From a virus (Duplodnaviria; Caudoviricetes), in IMG/VR virus record IMGVR_UViG_3300042564_002559, positions 1 through 31,910 of that record: a DNA stretch of 31,910 bases; one strand, given 5' to 3'. Shown piece by piece: positions 26,218-31,910 of this stretch (position 1 is the stretch's first letter; every line of letters starts with the position of its first letter). A program made the position numbers and the translations under genes. The notes under the pieces are model-generated. The model was not told the origin of the DNA, searched no databases, and saw only the letters and a list, made by a program, of their open reading frames with translations.

Positions 26218-26241
26218 TTTTGTCATAACCCCTGACAAAAT
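26217..26241. repeat. Perfect 9-bp inverted repeat ATTTTGTCA-N7-TGACAAAAT (operator or hairpin)
   Basis: Arms at 26217-26225 and 26233-26241, immediately upstream of the head-operon promoter. Confidence 0.75.
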
Positions 26242-26242
26242 C

Positions 26243-26282
26243 TGGACTTTGACCCAAAAGAATGGTAAAATTGTGATCTATG
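26243..26282 (+). promoter_or_regulatory. Promoter TGGACT-17-(TGg)TAAAAT, 8 nt before ATG (leaderless or near-leaderless)
   Basis: TGGACT 26243-26248, TAAAAT 26266-26271, ATG 26280. No RBS. Confidence 0.65.
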
Positions 26283-26627
26283 GATATTAATAAGATCAAT
26301 ACTCAGGTATTAGACGAAGAAACTAGATTAGGCATATATGTTTGGGAAATGCCTGACGGAAAGTGGATAGGCGATGACGAAGGAAATTTCCTCTCAGTTA
26401 CATCAACAAAAGGGAACAAATCAAGAGTTAATGCATTGGCTGATGAAGTTAGGTCATACGGTATTCTTGAGGGCAGGCCTCTATTTCTTTCTGGACGCAG
26501 GAAGATCGACGACGAAGAGCACCAATATCAACAACAAAGATTAAAGTGGGGACTAGTTCCAGATCCTATGGATGTTGGAAACTACAAAGATGAAATGAAA
26601 GCTTTGAAAAATGGAGGAGCAAAATAA
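26280..26627 (+). CDS. Hypothetical protein coupled to the portal gene
   Basis: TAATG overlap with the portal start; GIYVWEMPDGKWIGDDEGNFLS. Confidence 0.75.
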   Translation: MDINKINTQVLDEETRLGIYVWEMPDGKWIGDDEGNFLSVTSTKGNKSRVNALADEVRSYGILEGRPLFLSGRRKIDDEEHQYQQQRLKWGLVPDPMDVGNYKDEMKALKNGGAK

Positions 26628-28210
26628 TGGAATATGTAGATGACAACGATACATTTAGCAATGAGGTATCAATATCAAACTCATCCGACTTATTTAGCTT
26701 TAGCCAACCAGTAGTAATTGAAACTGATCCATTTAAAATAGAAGGCGAAGATTTAAAAAAGGTAATTGGACTTAGCCCAGCATTTCGTAGAAAAATGTCT
26801 AGAGACCTTCAGAAAAGTTTTACTGGAATTGAAGGAACAGGAACACAGCAGAATCTATTGCAACAAGCAGTCACTGGATATGCAATGTTTGACCTTGTTC
26901 AACCAGTATATAACCTAGAGTATCTTTCAAAGATATATGAAATTTCTCCATACAACTATGCAGCAATTAATGCTAAGGTAGCAAATATTGTTGGACTAGG
27001 ATACTCATTTGTAGAAAGCAAAAAAGCAATGGAAGCACTAGACAACATTGAAGATTCTACACAATTAAATCGTGCTAGACGAAAGATGGATAGAATTAGA
27101 CAGCAGCTAGAAATTTGGCTAGAAGACGTAAACGAAGAAGAGACATTTGTTGAAACCCTAGTAAAAGTTTATACAGACCTAGAAGCAACAGGAAATGGCT
27201 TTATTGAAATAGGTAGAACAACTAGCGGAAACATAGGATATATTGGACATATTCCAGCAAAGACTATGCGTGTTCGTAGACTTCGTGACGGATTTATACA
27301 ACTACTTTATGGAAAGGCTGTATTCTTTAGAAACTTCGGCGATATGGAAACAGAGAATCCAATTGCTGGTCAAGAAGATAGACCAAACGAAATTATTCAT
27401 TTAAAGAAATATACTCCAATGAATAATTACTACGGTATTCCAGATATTGTTGCATCACAAAATGCAATGGCTGGTAACGAATTTGCTGGTAAATATAACC
27501 TAGACTACTTTGAAAACAAGGCGGTACCACGTTATATTATTACAGTAAAAGGAGCAAAGCTTTCAACAGAGTCAGAAAGAAAGCTTCTTGAATTTTTCCA
27601 GGTAGGTCTTAAAGGGAAGAATCATAGATCCCTTTATGTTCCACTTCCAGCAGATTCATCTGACTCAAAGGTAGAATTTAAGATGGAGCCAGTAGAGGCT
27701 AATATTCAGGATTCATCGTTTAACAATTATAGAAAAGCCAACCGTGATGAAATTCTTTTGTCCCATCGTGTTCCAATTAATAAAATTGGAGTCCCAGAGG
27801 GAGTCAGCCTTGCCTCAGCAAGAGATGCCGATAAAATGTTTAAAGAGCAGGTTTGTCGTCCAGCACAGGATATTCTAGAAAAGAAATTAAATAGAATTAT
27901 TGCAGAAAAGACAGATGTTCTTATTTTAAAATTTAATGAATTAACCCTTACTGATGAAGATACTCAGTCTAAAATTGATGAGAGATATTTACGTATGCAG
28001 GTTATTACCCCAAATGAGGTAAGAATTAGAAAGGGCATGATTCCAATTGAGAGTGGAGATGAAGTAATTCAATTAAAACCTCAACAGGCAGCGGAACAAA
28101 CAGCCCAAGCAATGAATAGTAGAGCCAGAACCCAAGAAAGAGATTCTAACTCACCTGATATTTCAGGGGAGGCCAGAAACCCAAAAGGTGAGGGTAGGGT
28201 CACAGCTTAA
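26627..28210 (+). CDS. Phage portal protein (HK97/PBSX-like)
   Basis: D.EATGNGFIEI, NEIIHLK...YYGIPD, YFENKAVP..II, EILLSHRVP, ITPNEVR; located before the protease and MCP. Confidence 0.93.
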   Translation: MEYVDDNDTFSNEVSISNSSDLFSFSQPVVIETDPFKIEGEDLKKVIGLSPAFRRKMSRDLQKSFTGIEGTGTQQNLLQQAVTGYAMFDLVQPVYNLEYLSKIYEISPYNYAAINAKVANIVGLGYSFVESKKAMEALDNIEDSTQLNRARRKMDRIRQQLEIWLEDVNEEETFVETLVKVYTDLEATGNGFIEIGRTTSGNIGYIGHIPAKTMRVRRLRDGFIQLLYGKAVFFRNFGDMETENPIAGQEDRPNEIIHLKKYTPMNNYYGIPDIVASQNAMAGNEFAGKYNLDYFENKAVPRYIITVKGAKLSTESERKLLEFFQVGLKGKNHRSLYVPLPADSSDSKVEFKMEPVEANIQDSSFNNYRKANRDEILLSHRVPINKIGVPEGVSLASARDADKMFKEQVCRPAQDILEKKLNRIIAEKTDVLILKFNELTLTDEDTQSKIDERYLRMQVITPNEVRIRKGMIPIESGDEVIQLKPQQAAEQTAQAMNSRARTQERDSNSPDISGEARNPKGEGRVTA

Positions 28211-28215
28211 TTATT

Positions 28216-28239
28216 AGGCAACTAGTTATTTGCCTTTTT
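28216..28239 (+). terminator. Intrinsic terminator after portal, overlapping the -35 of the next promoter
   Basis: AGGCAA 28216-28221 / TTGCCT 28230-28235 stem followed by TTTT. Confidence 0.55.
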
Positions 28240-28268
28240 ACATTTTAAAAGATAAAATTAAGCATATG
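28230..28268 (+). promoter_or_regulatory. Leaderless promoter TTGCCT-17-TAAAAT, 7 nt before ATG
   Basis: TTGCCT 28230-28235, TAAAAT 28253-28258, ATG 28266. No RBS. Confidence 0.7.
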
Positions 28269-29576
28269 AATATTGAAAAATCTTTATGGTCTTCTCATGG
28301 CGATAACATCAGCTTATCTGTCCCATTTACTAAAGTCAACCGTGAAAAAAGAACTGTTTCTGGATTCGCAACTTTAGACAATATAGATCAAACAAATGAT
28401 CTAGTAACTGCAGAAGCAAGCCTGAAAGCTTTTGAAAATTTCCGTGGCAATATCCGTGAAATGCATGGATCAAATGCTGTAGGGAAAATGCTTTCATTTA
28501 GACCAGAAACATTTTATGATCCAGAAACAAAAGAATTCTATAGCGGAGTATATGTAGATGCATACGTTTCTAAAGGCGCACAAGATACATGGGAAAAAGT
28601 TTTAGACGGAACTCTACAAGGGTTTTCAATTGGCGGAAAGATTACAGAGTCAGACAATGAAGTAAATAAGTCAACAGGTAAGACTGTAAGATTTATTAAA
28701 GGCTACGACCTGCTTGAGCTTTCAATTGTAGATTCACCAGCAAATGAATTATGCAATATTTTATCAATTCAGAAATCAAACGGTTCCTTAATTTTTAAAG
28801 GTATTGCGGCAGAAGTTTCTACAGAAAATATTTTTTATTGCGAAGAAAGCAAGTCAGTATTCATCTCACAAGATGCATCTTATGATTCCCCTGTTACTGG
28901 TAAGCCAGCAGCACTAATTGGGTGGGTAGAGTCTAATGATGTTAATAAATCAAAGGAGATAGATAAGATTCTTGATTCATTTTTGAAGTCAAGATTACCG
29001 TTGCCTGAAAGACAAACAATTGCAAAACAGGCAAACGTAGAAGGAGGTAGTGAAGTGTCAGAAAACACAGAAACAGTAGTAGTTGAAGAAACTGCTCCAG
29101 TAGAAACACCAGTTGTTGCTGAGGAAGCACCAGCTGTTGAAGTAGCTGCAGAAGATGCAGTTGCAGACGCTTCTGCCGAAACTCTAGAAAAAGCAGCCGA
29201 CGTATCAGAAGTTGAGGTTGATGAACCTGATTTTGCAAAGATGCTTGGTGATTTAAAGGGCTTTTTCTCAGAGACTCTAAATAAAGCTTCTGAGGCAAAT
29301 GCAGCACAGGTTTCAACTATTAAAGAAACAGTAGAAACTTTCAGCAAGAGCGTCGATAGCAGAATTTCAGAATTGGCAGAACAACATGCCGTATTAAGTA
29401 AGGCTGTTGAAGATATCAAGGGCACAATTGATGGCGTAGAAAAGCGTGTCGATGCAGTAGAATCAGAAACTGCAATTAAGAAGTCCTCTGACCTTGGCGG
29501 GTCACAGGAAGTAACAATCAAAAAATCTAAATGGAACGGTTCTTTCCTCGGTTCCGTGAACGAATTATTTAACTAA
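28266..29576 (+). CDS. Prohead (capsid maturation) protease fused to an acidic scaffold-like domain
   Basis: IREMH...AVGK, GFSIGG and ELSIVDSPAN are HK97-type protease motifs. The C-terminal half is Glu/Ala-rich and coiled-coil-like. Start reassigned to ATG 28266. Confidence 0.9.
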   Translation: MNIEKSLWSSHGDNISLSVPFTKVNREKRTVSGFATLDNIDQTNDLVTAEASLKAFENFRGNIREMHGSNAVGKMLSFRPETFYDPETKEFYSGVYVDAYVSKGAQDTWEKVLDGTLQGFSIGGKITESDNEVNKSTGKTVRFIKGYDLLELSIVDSPANELCNILSIQKSNGSLIFKGIAAEVSTENIFYCEESKSVFISQDASYDSPVTGKPAALIGWVESNDVNKSKEIDKILDSFLKSRLPLPERQTIAKQANVEGGSEVSENTETVVVEETAPVETPVVAEEAPAVEVAAEDAVADASAETLEKAADVSEVEVDEPDFAKMLGDLKGFFSETLNKASEANAAQVSTIKETVETFSKSVDSRISELAEQHAVLSKAVEDIKGTIDGVEKRVDAVESETAIKKSSDLGGSQEVTIKKSKWNGSFLGSVNELFN

Positions 29577-29597
29577 AAAGGGTAGGTGAAACAAACA

Positions 29598-30650
29598 ATG
29601 AGCAATGAATTATTAGAAAAGACAATTGCAGCAGGTACAACTGCTACAGGTACTTTTGCATCCACTACAGGTGGAACAGGAGTGCACCGTGCATCCGAAA
29701 ACGGAAACGGTGGTCTATTAAACGCAGAACAATCAGCTCGCTTTTTAGACTATATGTTCGACGCAACCGTAATTGGTAAAGTCGCCCGTACAGTCCGCAT
29801 GAGAGCAGATACTACAGAAATTGATCGTATGTCAGTTGGAGAGAAGCTTATGAAGCTTGCAACTGAAGGAGACGACACAGCATCAAATAGTGCTGTTACT
29901 TTCTCAAAGATCTCTTTGACAACAAAGAAACTTCGCTTGGATTGGGAGCTTTCAACAGAGTCTCTAGAAGACAACATTGAAGGTGCTGATCTAGAAGATC
30001 ACATCGCCCGCTTGATGGCAACACAAGCAGGTAATGATATTGAAGATGTAGTCCTTAACGGAAATGCATCTTTAACTTCAGATGCACTATACAAGTCATT
30101 TGACGGTATTGTTAAGAAGGCAAAGGCCAGCGGTCACGTTGTTGACGCAGGTGGAGCTGCAGTAAGTCGTGCTGTATTTAACAGCGCTCTTAAGGCTCTT
30201 CCACGTAAGTACAAGCAACGCCGTGCAGATCTTCGCTTCCTAGCAGGATCAAACTTGATTCAAGATTTCCTATATGCTAACAGCATTGGAACAAACAATA
30301 CAATCCCACAAGATATTGCTTCAAGCATTATCCGTGGACAAGAGGTACAACCACTAGGTGGACCTGCAGGATATGTGGCACCATTCGCATTCGGTATTCC
30401 GATTGTTGAAGTTCCACTTCTTCCAGAGGCACAAGATGGAGATTACACAGGAGAGTCTGGCAACCACGGAGACATCCACTTGACATTCCCAAATAACGTA
30501 GTTATTGGTATCAAGCGTGACGTAACTGTTTACCGCTTCTTCTGGCCACGTAAGGACTCTATCGAGTACACAATGTATACTCGTGTTGGCGTTCAAATCG
30601 AGCAAGCAGATGCTTGGGTCGTTGTTAAGAACGTAAAAGTAGCTTCATAA
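29598..30650 (+). CDS. Major capsid protein (HK97 fold)
   Basis: AGGTG RBS before ATG 29598; GGLLNAEQSARF, ELSTESLEDNIEG, DIEDVVLNG, FGIPIVEVP. Follows portal and protease, and is followed by a strong terminator. Confidence 0.93.
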   Translation: MSNELLEKTIAAGTTATGTFASTTGGTGVHRASENGNGGLLNAEQSARFLDYMFDATVIGKVARTVRMRADTTEIDRMSVGEKLMKLATEGDDTASNSAVTFSKISLTTKKLRLDWELSTESLEDNIEGADLEDHIARLMATQAGNDIEDVVLNGNASLTSDALYKSFDGIVKKAKASGHVVDAGGAAVSRAVFNSALKALPRKYKQRRADLRFLAGSNLIQDFLYANSIGTNNTIPQDIASSIIRGQEVQPLGGPAGYVAPFAFGIPIVEVPLLPEAQDGDYTGESGNHGDIHLTFPNNVVIGIKRDVTVYRFFWPRKDSIEYTMYTRVGVQIEQADAWVVVKNVKVAS

Positions 30651-30667
30651 TAGGATTAAATCCGCAA

Positions 30668-30704
30668 GAAAGGCCCCCAATTAATTTTGGGGGCTTTTCA
30701 TTTT
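30668..30704 (+). terminator. Rho-independent terminator after MCP
   Basis: GAAAGGCCCCCAA-TTAATT-TTGGGGGCTTTTC followed by ATTTT. Confidence 0.9.
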
Positions 30705-30723
30705 AATTTAGTAATGCTATAAT
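30695..30723 (+). promoter_or_regulatory. Promoter TTTTCA-17-(TGc)TATAAT overlapping the terminator tail
   Basis: TATAAT 30718-30723 with an extended TG; AAGGAG RBS before GTG 30751. Confidence 0.65.
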
Positions 30724-30750
30724 TAAATAACCTAGATTAAGGAGATTACT

Positions 30751-31152
30751 GTGTCATTTGAGACATTAAAGATATCTGAACTTAGAAAGATCGCTGAAGA
30801 TTTCGGCGTAGATACAGAAGAGTTAAAGAGTAAAAACGATATTGTTGCATCCCTAGCAGACGAAGGCGTTACTTGGGCGGTATATCAAAAAACAATTAAA
30901 GATGTAGAGGATGCCAAGGAAGATATTTCTTATGAAGTTCTACCTAAATTTGATCCAAAAGCGGAGCAGCCAGAAAATACTGTTTTAGTTAGAATGACAA
31001 GAGCTAACTTTAGATATGATATTATGGGATTCACCTTTACCAAGGATCACCCATTTGTTGCAATGGATAAAGAAAAAGCACAAGAAATTTTTGACAAGGA
31101 GGAAGGTTTTAGATTAGCTAACCCAAAGGAAGTTCAAGAATTCTATAGCTAA
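30751..31152 (+). CDS. Post-capsid protein with a Rho-N/SAP-like N-terminal helix pair
   Basis: LKISELRKIAEDFGV....KSKNDIVASL pattern, at the typical position directly after MCP. Confidence 0.7.
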   Translation: MSFETLKISELRKIAEDFGVDTEELKSKNDIVASLADEGVTWAVYQKTIKDVEDAKEDISYEVLPKFDPKAEQPENTVLVRMTRANFRYDIMGFTFTKDHPFVAMDKEKAQEIFDKEEGFRLANPKEVQEFYS

Positions 31153-31167
31153 ATTAAACTTTAAAAA

Positions 31168-31910
31168 ATGGAAATATTGTTAGGTACCAATTCGCCAGTA
31201 AAACATAAAATTTTTTGGCAAGGGGAAATTAGAGACGCAGATAGCAACCCAGTAGTAAAGCTATTTGACATAACTGAAGACCCAGCAGTAAATCCAGCAA
31301 TTAACCCAATCACAATATTAGAAACATTAAACTCTGTTAAACTAGAAAACGACATAGGAACTTATGTAGTGTATATTCCATTTGAGTATACAAATAGACA
31401 TCGAGAGTTAAAGTTGTCCTGGATATATAGTGTAGATGGAGTAACAGTATTTAAAGACCATAAACTAGAAGTTGTAACCCCATATACAGATATTGCACAG
31501 TCCATGGACGTTCTTGGAGTTGGAACAGATCCATCTGACCCAAACTATAAAACATATGATCAGTTACTAGAAGCTGAAAGGTATGCCAGAAAAAAAATTG
31601 AAGCTTATACTGGACAAAAATTTTCAACCTACGATAACGTTTATGTTACAAACGGATATGGTTCAGATACCCTTCCGTTACCAGAAAAAATAACAGATCT
31701 TCATGAGCTTTATGCAAATGATATATTATTGCTAGACAACATTAATGAAATTAATAATTGGAATTATACTGTTGAAATATCTACTACTGGATACGGAATA
31801 AGAGTTAATCGTGCAAACTCTTTAGATAATACGGTATATACTGCAAATGGAATGGTTCCCCCATCAATTCATGATTCAAATGGAATTTTTCAGGATAATG
31901 TTAGCTATAA
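31168..31910 (+). CDS. Head-to-tail adaptor, 3'-truncated (absent from the ORF track)
   Basis: ATG 31168 opens a frame with no stop before the window end: MEILLGTNSPVKHKIFWQG...LLEAERYARKKIEAYTGQKF...GYGSDTLPLP. The A...IEAYTGQ.F motif and position fit gp15/gp6-like adaptors. TAAACT lies 7 nt upstream. Confidence 0.75.
   Translation, partial: MEILLGTNSPVKHKIFWQGEIRDADSNPVVKLFDITEDPAVNPAINPITILETLNSVKLENDIGTYVVYIPFEYTNRHRELKLSWIYSVDGVTVFKDHKLEVVTPYTDIAQSMDVLGVGTDPSDPNYKTYDQLLEAERYARKKIEAYTGQKFSTYDNVYVTNGYGSDTLPLPEKITDLHELYANDILLLDNINEINNWNYTVEISTTGYGIRVNRANSLDNTVYTANGMVPPSIHDSNGIFQDNVSY

Noticed and set aside
24379-26627. Expected terminase genes upstream of portal
   Set aside because: Neither ORF shows Walker A/B or nuclease motifs, so the large terminase must lie outside the window. 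The 115-aa gene cannot be called small terminase on this evidence.
28880-29521. 213-aa and 124-aa antisense ORFs
   Set aside because: They mirror the low-complexity scaffold region of the protease gene and have no independent signals.
31161-31355. 64-aa antisense ORF
   Set aside because: It lies opposite the truncated head-tail adaptor frame that starts at 31168.
1-31910. tRNA, rRNA, integrase or transposase
   Set aside because: Intergenic gaps are short, and no cloverleaf or recombinase motifs were recognised by eye; a covariance-model scan was not run.

Overview
Fragment of a large, AT-rich tailed dsDNA phage genome (Caudoviricetes). Every supported gene lies on the + strand and uses the standard code. 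The window runs from the 3' part of a class II (B12-dependent) ribonucleotide reductase and a small holin-like membrane protein into a ~25 kb island of fibre, adhesin, adaptor and chaperone genes. That island includes Mtd-N/collagen fibres, four tandem paralogous tip-like genes, a 1388-aa multidomain fibre and a LamG protein. Three glycosyltransferases of different families (GT-A type, GT4, GT60-like) and a flavin-dependent halogenase are embedded in it. The window ends with a head module: portal, prohead protease/scaffold, major capsid protein, a Rho-N-like protein and a truncated head-tail adaptor. Many intergenic gaps hold sigma70/SigA-type promoters, several placed 6-8 nt from an ATG with no RBS (leaderless), which suggests an actinobacterial host by inference. 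The most interesting candidates are (1) a virion-decoration system pairing GTs and a halogenase with Thr/Ser-rich fibres, (2) the four-paralog variable-tip cassette, (3) an amicyanin-type copper motif on a collagen fibre and (4) nested domain insertion in the giant fibre. All family assignments come from motif recognition by eye; no database search was run.
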